Of a DNA stretch of 64,000 nt, positions 51,525 to 59,759 are shown piece after piece. The DNA lies in assembly GCA_965247095.1 (NCBI GenBank), contig OZ251997.1, positions 992,001 to 1,056,000 of the forward strand, given 5' to 3'. The position numbers were made by a program, and so were the translations under genes. Below the pieces are notes generated by a model, which worked only from the letters and a program-made list of their open reading frames with translations, was not told the DNA's origin and ran no database searches. The stretch's first letter is position 1. Each line of letters starts with the position of its first letter. Source of the DNA: Candidatus Multivorans sp. GTDB lineage: Bacteria; Acidobacteriota; Thermoanaerobaculia; Multivoradales; Multivoraceae.

Positions 51525-52060
51525 TGTACGATGGACCGCTGCGTGAACCTAGTTTCGTGGAACGTGAAGCGGCTGTGGGTTCGCCGAAACAAGCAACCCG
51601 AAGTCGCTCACGAGTTCCGCTAGTAGTAGCGAGTACGGTGGCTATCGCCTTGATTGCTGTAGATGCGTGGCGGGGAACCTCCACTGGGGCTGTGCGAGTT
51701 TCCGGCCAGACGGTTGGTTCGGTGAGTCCAGCGGTTGGTCAGTGGCTGCGGCATGTTGAGCAGATCAGCCGAGCGTCGGGCGACGTAGTGGCTGAGGGCC
51801 TTAGGATTCTCGGGCGGGACACTGTTGTTGCTCTCGGGAGCCCTCCCCAAGGCGCGTTGACCGAAGAGGGTTCGTATCAGCTTGTCTGGGATCACGGCCG
51901 GCACCACCTTCTCGCTGAGATTCTCCCTAGTGGCCGCTACGACTGGTTCTACCGTGACCGCGAGACCGGTCGGCTAGCGGGTGAAGAGGGGCTGCCCTTT
52001 ACTGAGACTGCGAAGCTACGCCGCCGCTTGGAGCGCAACATGCGCTCTACGGAGGCCTAG
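51524..52060 (+). CDS. Hypothetical protein (candidate antitoxin)
   Basis: TGATG coupling; hydrophobic N-terminal stretch; C-terminal PPQGALTEEGSYQLVW...LLAEI. Confidence 0.55.
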   Translation: MYDGPLREPSFVEREAAVGSPKQATRSRSRVPLVVASTVAIALIAVDAWRGTSTGAVRVSGQTVGSVSPAVGQWLRHVEQISRASGDVVAEGLRILGRDTVVALGSPPQGALTEEGSYQLVWDHGRHHLLAEILPSGRYDWFYRDRETGRLAGEEGLPFTETAKLRRRLERNMRSTEA

Positions 52061-52067
52061 CTGGGGT

Positions 52068-52532
52068 TTGGCCGGTGATGGCGAGTTGGCGGAGGGTCAG
52101 GTACTCCGCCTCGGCGGGGTCATGCGTCGGTTCTCAGTCGGCGGCACTAGGTCTATGCCGGCCGACTTTCGCCTGAGTTCCGCCGACAAGAACGTCGCTG
52201 GGGGAAATGAAGCCTCGCTTACGGTTTGGGATCGCGAGCGGACAACCCCGAAGCAGGCTAGGGCCTTGGTGAGCGAAGGTTCACTCCGTCCTGTCTATGG
52301 ACTGGAAGTTAGCCGCGTTCGACAGCTGAGCTACCCGGGTGGCCCACGACTACGGATCGTGCGCGAGTTGGAGTCGGTGGCTGACATTCTCGGTTTGCCT
52401 GGAACCGACGGTCACTGCGGTATCGTCGGGTTGCGGCGTCCGAGCGGCGTCCCCAAGAGGCAGGCACGGGCCTTGGAGAGTCAACTCGCAGACTTGGCGG
52501 ATCTAGTATCCGCGAGACTTGAGAACGGTTGA
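52068..52532 (+). CDS. Hypothetical protein (candidate ART-fold toxin)
   Basis: GGAGG then TTG 52068; R..F.LS..D, SLTVW, GHCGIVGL pattern. Confidence 0.5.
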   Translation: MAGDGELAEGQVLRLGGVMRRFSVGGTRSMPADFRLSSADKNVAGGNEASLTVWDRERTTPKQARALVSEGSLRPVYGLEVSRVRQLSYPGGPRLRIVRELESVADILGLPGTDGHCGIVGLRRPSGVPKRQARALESQLADLADLVSARLENG

Positions 52533-52535
52533 ACT

Positions 52536-53891
52536 ATGGTTGATCAGGGGCTAGAGGTAACTAGGCCTGAGCCGGCGACCGGTCTGCTCGATCTCGAGGC
52601 AACCGACATCGGCTCGGTCTTCGTGTCGAACTACCCGCCGTACTCGGCCTGGGAGGGGGCCGCGGTGGGCGAAGCGGCAGCAGCGCTCGACAGGGCGCCG
52701 GTGCCCGGCACGTCCCTGGGTCTCTACATTCACATCCCGTTCTGCCGCAAGCGCTGCAAGTTCTGCTACTTCCGCGTCTACATCGACAAGAACCACGAGC
52801 AGATCGGGCGCTACCTGGACGCCCTGGGCATTGAGCTGGAGCGCTACGCGGAACGGGCCTCGATCCGGGGCCGGAAGCTCGACTTCGTCTACTTCGGCGG
52901 CGGCACGCCGTCCTACATCGCCGCCAAGCAGTTGATACCGCTGGCGGAGCGGCTGCAGAACATCATGCCCTGGGACGGCGCCGAGGAGGTGGCGTTCGAG
53001 TGCGAGCCCGGCACGCTGACCCAGTCCAAGCTGGAGGCGATCCGGAGCATCGGCGTCACGCGGTTGAGCCTCGGCGTGGAGAACTTCGACGACGGGATCC
53101 TGGAGGAAAACGGCCGGGCCCACGTGTCGAAGGAGATCTATCGGGTGCGCGACTGGATCCGCGCGCAGAACTTCCGGCAGTTGAACGTCGACCTGATCGC
53201 CGGCATGGTCGGAGAGACGTGGGAGAGCTGGAAGCGAACCGTCGAGCTGACGATCGAGTACGACCCGGACTCGATCACGGTCTACCAGATGGAACTCCCC
53301 TTCAATACGGTGTACTCGAAAGCCAAGCTTCGCGGCGAGGCCGACGTGCCCGCATTCGCCGACTGGGCGACGAAGCGGGAGTGGCACGCCTACGCCTTCG
53401 AGCAGTTCGAGCGGGCCGGCTTCGAGCGCTGGAGCGCCTACACGATGATGCGCCGGGACCGCGGCTGCAAGTTCGTCTATGCCCGCGAGGTGTGGAGCGG
53501 CGCCGACATGATCCCGATCGGGGTCTCATCGTTCGGCCACATGGGCGGCGTCCATCTGCAGAACCACGACCGCTGGGACGACTACCTGGCGGCGATCGAC
53601 GACGGCGGTCTGGCTACCCGCAGAGCGCTCGCCGTGACCCCGCGGGAGCGTCTGACCCGAGAGCTCATCCTGCAGTTGAAGCGCGGCTGGGTGGAGAGGT
53701 CCGCGTTCGAGCGGAAGTTCGGCGTGGACGTGGCCGAGAGCTATGCGAGCGCCTTCGGCAGCCTGACCGAGCAGGGGCTGGCCACGGTGGGGCCGGAGCG
53801 GATCGAACTCAGTGAAGGCGGGCTTCTGCGCGTCGACCAGCTCCTGCCGCGGTTCTACGACGAGCAGTACCGCGGCGCCCGCTACACCTGA
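52536..53891 (+). CDS. HemN-like (class C) radical SAM protein
   Basis: LYIHIPFCRKRCKFC, YFGGGTPS, RLSLGVE, NVDLIAG. Confidence 0.92.
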   Translation: MVDQGLEVTRPEPATGLLDLEATDIGSVFVSNYPPYSAWEGAAVGEAAAALDRAPVPGTSLGLYIHIPFCRKRCKFCYFRVYIDKNHEQIGRYLDALGIELERYAERASIRGRKLDFVYFGGGTPSYIAAKQLIPLAERLQNIMPWDGAEEVAFECEPGTLTQSKLEAIRSIGVTRLSLGVENFDDGILEENGRAHVSKEIYRVRDWIRAQNFRQLNVDLIAGMVGETWESWKRTVELTIEYDPDSITVYQMELPFNTVYSKAKLRGEADVPAFADWATKREWHAYAFEQFERAGFERWSAYTMMRRDRGCKFVYAREVWSGADMIPIGVSSFGHMGGVHLQNHDRWDDYLAAIDDGGLATRRALAVTPRERLTRELILQLKRGWVERSAFERKFGVDVAESYASAFGSLTEQGLATVGPERIELSEGGLLRVDQLLPRFYDEQYRGARYT

Positions 53892-53911
53892 TTGCGGGCC
53901 GGCACCTCGTG

Positions 53912-53943
53912 CCGGATGCGGGCGAAACGCCCGCGTGCCATCC
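53912..53943 (-). repeat. Diverged copy of the 32-bp REP-like repeat
   Basis: CCGGATGCGGGCGAAACGCCCGCGTGCCA. Confidence 0.7.
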
Positions 53944-54001
53944 GTGCGCCCGATGACGGGCGCACGGAGTGGTTCGCGTGTGGCGCGGGTCGCGCCACAC
54001 G
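53941..54001. terminator. Two perfect GC-rich hairpins between convergent genes
   Basis: TCCGTGCGCCCG-ATGA-CGGGCGCACGGA (53941-53968) and CGTGTGGCGCG-GGT-CGCGCCACACG (53977-54001); no U-tract. Confidence 0.45.
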
Positions 54002-54091
54002 GGTTCCCAGGGCGGACCGAAGTAGCGACCACGCTCCTACAGTGTTCCCTGCGCGACAGCGCAGCGGACCCCGCTGTGGATACTCCTAGAC

Positions 54092-56485
54092 CTAGAAGTC
54101 GATGCCGAACTGGAGGCCGACCTCGGCCGGCGGCGCCCAGACCGCCAGCGACCCGGTGTAGCTCACGAAGAACTGGCTGAGCCTGTACTCCTCGTCGCCG
54201 AGGTTGCGGCCGTAGGCGGCCAGGAACAGGCGGCCCTGGGCCGAGGTCCAGCGCAACTGGGCGTGGAGCAGGCTGTAGGAGGGCTGGACGAAGCGCTCGA
54301 AGGAATCGAAGGCGACATCGTCCGTGTACTGGTATTCGCCGCGTGCGGTCAGCGAACCGCTGCTGCCGAGCTCGAACGTGTAGCTCAGCGACGCGGTGGC
54401 GGAGAGATCGGGCGCCCGAGGCAGTCCGTTGCCGGAAAGGTCGCTGGGCGGAATCGGAAGAGCGCCGCCGCCGCCTAGGAGGACCTGGGAGGGATCGATC
54501 AAACCCGCGGCAAGCAGTTGCTCCACGAACTGCGCCTGGAGCACGGGATCGAGCGACGTGAACTCGACGAACTCGTCGTCGAGGAGTTCGAGCGAGAGAT
54601 CGAAGGCGAACTGCGGGCTCGGCCGCACCGAGAGCTCGAAGTCGAGGCCGCGGATGCGCGCACTGGCCGCGTTCTCGATCACTGAGCGGTCGGGATAGAG
54701 CACCGCCACCTGCAGATCGTCGTAGTCGTAGTGGAACGCGGCCGCGTTGATCCGCACTCTGCGGTCGGCGACGGAGGACTTGATGCCGATCTCGTAACTG
54801 GTCACGGTCTCCTCGTCGAAGGCCGGCTGCAGAGAGACCGAGTTGTAGCCGCCGCTCTTGTAGCCGGCAGTCACCGCGCCGTAGAGCATCACGTTGTCCG
54901 CGGGACGAATCTCCAGACCGAGCTTGGGGGTCAGGGCGCTCCAACTGTCGTTCAGGAGTTGGGTCTGCGGCATGAAGGTCTGGAAGTTGAGCGCGGCCTG
55001 CAGGTGGTCCTTCTCGTGGGTCGTGTAGCGGGCGCCGGTGGTCAGGGTCACGCGGTCGCTGAGGGTCCAGTCGACCTGGCCATAGGCTGCGTACAGGGAG
55101 CTGTCGAGGTTCGTCTCGAAGGGCAGGGCCTGCGGGTTTCCCGGCACGGGCAAGCCGATGAACGGCGCCACGGCGTTGTAGTAGCTCGGCCCGCACAGAA
55201 ACGGCGGCGCCAGGAAGCCGAGAGAACAGAAGTTCGTCGGATTGAACGCGAAGGTCTGCGGACTGTTCGCGAACAGCCAGACGCCGAGCAGCGCCGTGTC
55301 GGTGACAGTGTTGACCTGGGACCGGCTGTCCTCGCTGAAGGCGTACGCTCCGGCCACCCAGTTGGCGCGGTCGTTGGCGCCGTGGAGTTGGAACTCCTGC
55401 GACCACCACTGGGACTCGAAGGTGCCGGAGGTGGTCACGAAGCGGTGAGGCGAACCGTCGATGTCCGCGTCACGCATCGAATCGAACTCGCGCCAACTGC
55501 TGATCGAGGTAAAGCTCGTGCCTCCGCCGATCACCTTGTTGATGTTGAGGGAGAAGCCGCTTTCCTGGTAGGGCGACACGGGTGGGGTGTCGACGGAGAC
55601 GCGGTGGACGTCGTCTGGCTCGAAGTAGCCGTAGAACCGGTTCAGGGTCCCGACCGTGCTGTAAGGGGACACGTCAGCCGGCTTGAAGTGGAAGTTGCTG
55701 TGGGCGTCGTCGTCCGTGCTGTCGCCCCGGATCGTGAAGGTCAGCGAGTCGGAGGGCAGGAAGGTGAGCGTGCCCCGGAGCGAAACGCCGTCGAAGTTGT
55801 CGGTTCCGGCGTTCAGGTAGTCGTTGTAGGTGGCGTCCTCGATCTGGGCAGTGGCGCCGGTGAAGCGTGCCCAGACCTTGCTCGACAACGGGCCGGTGAG
55901 CGACAAACCGTAGCGGCGTCCCTCGGCCGCCTCGCTGGAGTTCAGCTCGGAGAGCGAGGTGAAGAGGCGCCCATGGAACTCGGCCTGCGGGGCGCGGGTG
56001 ACCACGTTCACCGCACCGGCGGTGGAGTTCCGGCCCCAGAGGGTGCCCTGAGGTCCACGCAGAATCTCGATCCGCTCCAGGTCGAGGAACGGGTTGACGG
56101 CGGCTTGGGGCCGCGGCATGTAGACGCCGTCCACGTAGTAGCCGACCGTCGGCTCGGTGCCGAGGCCGAGCGTGCTCGAGCCGATGCCGCGAATGTAGAT
56201 GGCGACTTCGCCGCTGGTCGGGCTCTGCCCCGAGACGACCACTCCGGGCGCGGCTTCGGCCAACGCCTGCACGTCGCCTATCGCCTGCTGCTCGAGTTCC
56301 TCGCCCGAACGGGTCACGATCGAGATCGGCACGTCCTGCACGGCCTCCTCGATGCGCTGCGCGGTGACCGTGATTTCGTTCACGACGGTGGACCCCGGAT
56401 CGCCTGGATCCTGCGCGCTTCCGGCTGCCGCAACCAGCAGCATCAGCAGACAGGAGACAAGGGTGGAGCAGGGCGTCATGCGCAT
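54092..56485 (-). CDS. TonB-dependent receptor
   Basis: Signal peptide, EITVTAQR TonB box, YIRGIG, ERIEILRGPQGTLWGRN plug motif, terminal Phe. Confidence 0.95.
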   Translation of the reverse strand: MRMTPCSTLVSCLLMLLVAAAGSAQDPGDPGSTVVNEITVTAQRIEEAVQDVPISIVTRSGEELEQQAIGDVQALAEAAPGVVVSGQSPTSGEVAIYIRGIGSSTLGLGTEPTVGYYVDGVYMPRPQAAVNPFLDLERIEILRGPQGTLWGRNSTAGAVNVVTRAPQAEFHGRLFTSLSELNSSEAAEGRRYGLSLTGPLSSKVWARFTGATAQIEDATYNDYLNAGTDNFDGVSLRGTLTFLPSDSLTFTIRGDSTDDDAHSNFHFKPADVSPYSTVGTLNRFYGYFEPDDVHRVSVDTPPVSPYQESGFSLNINKVIGGGTSFTSISSWREFDSMRDADIDGSPHRFVTTSGTFESQWWSQEFQLHGANDRANWVAGAYAFSEDSRSQVNTVTDTALLGVWLFANSPQTFAFNPTNFCSLGFLAPPFLCGPSYYNAVAPFIGLPVPGNPQALPFETNLDSSLYAAYGQVDWTLSDRVTLTTGARYTTHEKDHLQAALNFQTFMPQTQLLNDSWSALTPKLGLEIRPADNVMLYGAVTAGYKSGGYNSVSLQPAFDEETVTSYEIGIKSSVADRRVRINAAAFHYDYDDLQVAVLYPDRSVIENAASARIRGLDFELSVRPSPQFAFDLSLELLDDEFVEFTSLDPVLQAQFVEQLLAAGLIDPSQVLLGGGGALPIPPSDLSGNGLPRAPDLSATASLSYTFELGSSGSLTARGEYQYTDDVAFDSFERFVQPSYSLLHAQLRWTSAQGRLFLAAYGRNLGDEEYRLSQFFVSYTGSLAVWAPPAEVGLQFGIDF

Positions 56486-56707
56486 CGGGAGTTACCTCTC
56501 GAGATTCTGAGGGGCGGAGGGCGCAACTGTGCGCCGCCGCCCGTCGAGTGAAGAACGTTCAGGCTACAACAAACCGCACTACGTTCAGAGACCTGAGAAG
56601 GTTGCCTGGGTGGTGGCTCAGACAGCGGTGAGCCGGAAGGGCTTGCAATGAGACCGAGCCGCTACACCCTGTGGTCGTTACCGATTCGTTGCCGTACACT
56701 CCGATCG

Positions 56708-57997
56708 GTGTTCGGAGCAAGTTCCTACGACGTGATCGTGGTCGGCGCCGGTCCGGGAGGCTCCGCGGCGGCCGCGATTGCCGCCCGCGGCGGTTTGCAG
56801 ACCCTGCTGCTGGAGCGTGAGCCGGCGCCGACCTTCAAGATCGGCGAGTCGCTGATGCCGGACACGCACGGCGTGTTCGAGAAGATGGGAGCGCTCGAAC
56901 ACATGCAGCGCAGCCACTTCGTGGAGAAGCACTCGGTCCAGTTCTTCACCAGGACCGGCAAGGCGTCGATGCCGTTCTACTTCGAGAAGGAGCGGCCGGG
57001 GCAGGACAGCGCCCGCACCTGGCAGGTGCGCCGGTCGGAGTTCGATGAACTGCTGATGGAGACGGCAGGGGAGCAGGGGGCGGAGACCCATCGCGGAGTG
57101 AATGTCCGGGATGTTCTGTTCGAGGACGGCCGGGCGGTCGGCGTGCGCGCTACGCCCGCGGGCAACGGCGGTTCGGTGGAGTTGCGCAGCCGGGTGGTGA
57201 TCGACGCCACCGGTCAGAGCGCCATGCTGTCGCGCCGGCTTGACCTCGGTCGGGTCGACTACGGTTTGCGGCACGCTTCGATCTACACCCACTTCCGCGG
57301 CGCGATCCGGGATGAGGGAAGGGACGAGGGCGCCACCCTGATCCTGCACACCGAGACCGGCGAGTGCTGGTTCTGGTACATCCCGCTCGCTGGCGACGTG
57401 GTCAGCGTCGGGGTGGTGGGGCCGATGGAGAGCCTGATCCGCGACCGGGAGGGCAGGCCGCACGAGATCTTCTTCGAGGAGGTCGCCCGCTGCGCCGAGA
57501 TCGCGCGACGCATCGCTCCTGCCCACCAGTGCCGGCCGGTGTCCGTGATGAAGGACTTCTCCTACCGGATCGAGAAGATGGCCGGCGACGGTTGGATCGC
57601 GATCGGCGACGCGTTCTCCTTCATCGACCCCGTGTACTCTTCCGGCGTGTTCCTGGCGCTCAAGTCGGGAGAACTGGCCGCCGAGGCTTCGATGGAGGCG
57701 ATTGCCGCCGGAGACGTATCGGCGGAGAGGCTTGGGGGCTTCCAGCCCCTTCTGATGAGGGGTGTCGAAGCGGTACGGCAGTTGGTCAACGTGTTCTACG
57801 ACCCGAACTTCAGCGTCGGTTCCTTCCTGCGGCTGTATCCCCAACACCAGGGCAAGGTGACCCGCATTCTGATCGGCGACGTGTTCGAGCTGGACTTCAC
57901 GTCGATGTTCGAGGACATGGCCGCATTCGCGGCCGCCGGTGGCGGCAAGGCGGCGCCGGCGGCGGATGAGATGGCTGTGTCCGCACCCGTGCCCTGA
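56708..57997 (+). CDS. Flavin-dependent halogenase-like oxidoreductase
   Basis: GAGPGG, IGESL, FVEK, DATG, WFWYIP, GDAFSFIDPVYSSGV; TACACT 7 nt before GTG 56708. Confidence 0.85.
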   Translation: MFGASSYDVIVVGAGPGGSAAAAIAARGGLQTLLLEREPAPTFKIGESLMPDTHGVFEKMGALEHMQRSHFVEKHSVQFFTRTGKASMPFYFEKERPGQDSARTWQVRRSEFDELLMETAGEQGAETHRGVNVRDVLFEDGRAVGVRATPAGNGGSVELRSRVVIDATGQSAMLSRRLDLGRVDYGLRHASIYTHFRGAIRDEGRDEGATLILHTETGECWFWYIPLAGDVVSVGVVGPMESLIRDREGRPHEIFFEEVARCAEIARRIAPAHQCRPVSVMKDFSYRIEKMAGDGWIAIGDAFSFIDPVYSSGVFLALKSGELAAEASMEAIAAGDVSAERLGGFQPLLMRGVEAVRQLVNVFYDPNFSVGSFLRLYPQHQGKVTRILIGDVFELDFTSMFEDMAAFAAAGGGKAAPAADEMAVSAPVP

Positions 57998-58017
57998 CCC
58001 GGAGGCCGGCGGAGTCC

Positions 58018-58305
58018 ATGGCGGCAACGGCGGTTCGGCGGCTGGCGTACGCGGCGCTGCCGGTGCTGTACGTTCTCCACAACGACCTCTGGTTCTGGAA
58101 TGACGGCAGCCGGTTCCTCGGCCTGCCGATCGGACTGACCTACCACCTCCTCTTCTCGGCCGCGGTGGTTCTGACCATGTGGTGGCTGGTTCGAAGCGCC
58201 TGGCCCGCCGCCGAACTCGATCGGCTGGCGACGGGCGCGGGCTTGGGGGAGGCTGCGGACGCCGATGAAGGGGCCGCAGCGGCGCCTCCGGAGGGTTCCG
58301 GATGA
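58018..58305 (+). CDS. Small membrane protein (DUF3311-like SSS partner)
   Basis: LHNDLWFW..FLGLPIGLTYH; two hydrophobic segments; ATGA overlap with symporter. Confidence 0.8.
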   Translation: MAATAVRRLAYAALPVLYVLHNDLWFWNDGSRFLGLPIGLTYHLLFSAAVVLTMWWLVRSAWPAAELDRLATGAGLGEAADADEGAAAAPPEGSG

Positions 58306-59759
58306 CCTTGGTCATCATCCTCGGCTATCTCCTGGCCGTGCTCCTGATCGGCGCGTGGAGCAGCCGGCGTCTGGCCGCGACCGGTGAGGACTTCTTCGTT
58401 GCGGGACGGACGATCGGCCCGTTCGTGCTCCTGATGACCCTGTTCGGCACGCACATGACGTCGTTCGCCCTGCTCGGCGCCTCGGCGGAGTCGTACCGGG
58501 TGGGTATCGGCGTGTTTGCCCTGATGGCGTCGTCGTCGGCGTTGATGGTGCCCATCGTGTTCTTCTTCGTCGGCACCCGGGTCTGGGCGGTCGGCAGCCG
58601 CCTGGGGCTCTTGACCCAGGTGCAGTTCGTGCGCGCCCGCTGGGGCTCGGACGCGGTCGGTCTGCTGCTGTTCGTCGTGCTCGTCCTGCTGCTTTTGCCT
58701 TACCTGCTGATCGGCGTGATGGGCGGCGGCATCACGCTCCAGCAGATCACCGACGGCGCGGCGCCGTCGTGGCTGGGCAGTCTGCTGATTTCGGGCGTCG
58801 TGATCGGCTACGTGACGAGCGGCGGTCTGCGCGGAACCGCCTGGGTGAACACGTTCCAGACCACGATGTTCATGGTCCTGGGCGCGGTGACGGCGATTCT
58901 GATCGTGACCAGACTCGGCGGCGTGGGAGCGGCGCTCGATCGGGTAGCGGAAAGCCGCCCGGAACTCCTGGTGCGCGGGGACGCGGTTCAACCCCTGCGC
59001 CTTTTGAGCTACACCTTGATCCCGCTGTCGGTGGGGACGTTCCCGCACATCTTCTCGCACTGGCTTTCCGCGCGGACTGCTTCGACCTTCAAGGCCCCGG
59101 TCGTGCTCTACCCGGTGTGTATCGCCGTGGTGTGGATCCCGAGCGTGTTGCTGGGCGTGTTCGGGAACATCGACTTTCCGGGGCTCGAGGGACCGGCGTC
59201 CAACTCGGTTTTGGTCCAGATGATCACCCTCTACGCTCCGGATCTTCTCGTCGGGCTGCTGGGCGCCGGAGTGTTCGCGGCGATCATGTCGTCGCTCGAC
59301 TCGCAGTCGCTGTCCCTGGGCGCGATGTTCACCCAGGACATCGTCCGGCACTACCGCTGGGGCGGGGAACTCAGCGAATCCCGCCAGATCCTGCTGGGCC
59401 GGCTATTTGTGGTCGGTGTCGTGACGGCCGTCTTCCTCCTGTCCCTGGTCGCCGAGCGCAGCATCTTCGCCCTCTCGGTGTGGTCGTTCACGGGCTTCGC
59501 CTCGCTGTTGCCCGTCGTCGTCGCGGCCCTCTACTGGCGGCGCAGCACGGCCGCGGGCGCGGCCGCCGCGATCGTCACCGTGATCGTTCTCTGGACCTGG
59601 TTCTTCGCTCGCGGGTTCGGTCAACCGGACTACAGTGTGGGCGGCGCCGGCGTGATGCCGGTGGCCGTCATCTTCGCCGGCTCGATCACAGCGATGGTCC
59701 TCGGTTCCCTGTTCAGCAAACCGCCCGGGCCGGAACGGGTGGCGCGCTTCCATCCGTGA
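58302..59759 (+). CDS. Sodium:solute symporter family protein
   Basis: EDFFVAGR, GGLRGTAW, FAAIMSSLDS; many TM segments. Confidence 0.93.
   Translation: MTLVIILGYLLAVLLIGAWSSRRLAATGEDFFVAGRTIGPFVLLMTLFGTHMTSFALLGASAESYRVGIGVFALMASSSALMVPIVFFFVGTRVWAVGSRLGLLTQVQFVRARWGSDAVGLLLFVVLVLLLLPYLLIGVMGGGITLQQITDGAAPSWLGSLLISGVVIGYVTSGGLRGTAWVNTFQTTMFMVLGAVTAILIVTRLGGVGAALDRVAESRPELLVRGDAVQPLRLLSYTLIPLSVGTFPHIFSHWLSARTASTFKAPVVLYPVCIAVVWIPSVLLGVFGNIDFPGLEGPASNSVLVQMITLYAPDLLVGLLGAGVFAAIMSSLDSQSLSLGAMFTQDIVRHYRWGGELSESRQILLGRLFVVGVVTAVFLLSLVAERSIFALSVWSFTGFASLLPVVVAALYWRRSTAAGAAAAIVTVIVLWTWFFARGFGQPDYSVGGAGVMPVAVIFAGSITAMVLGSLFSKPPGPERVARFHP

Noticed and set aside
52536-53891. Calling this gene hemN or hemW
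   Set aside because: Family motifs only; no heme pathway context, so function left open
56486-56707. Cobalamin or TPP riboswitch upstream of the TonB receptor
   Set aside because: Could not identify the conserved cores by eye; needs an Infernal/Rfam scan
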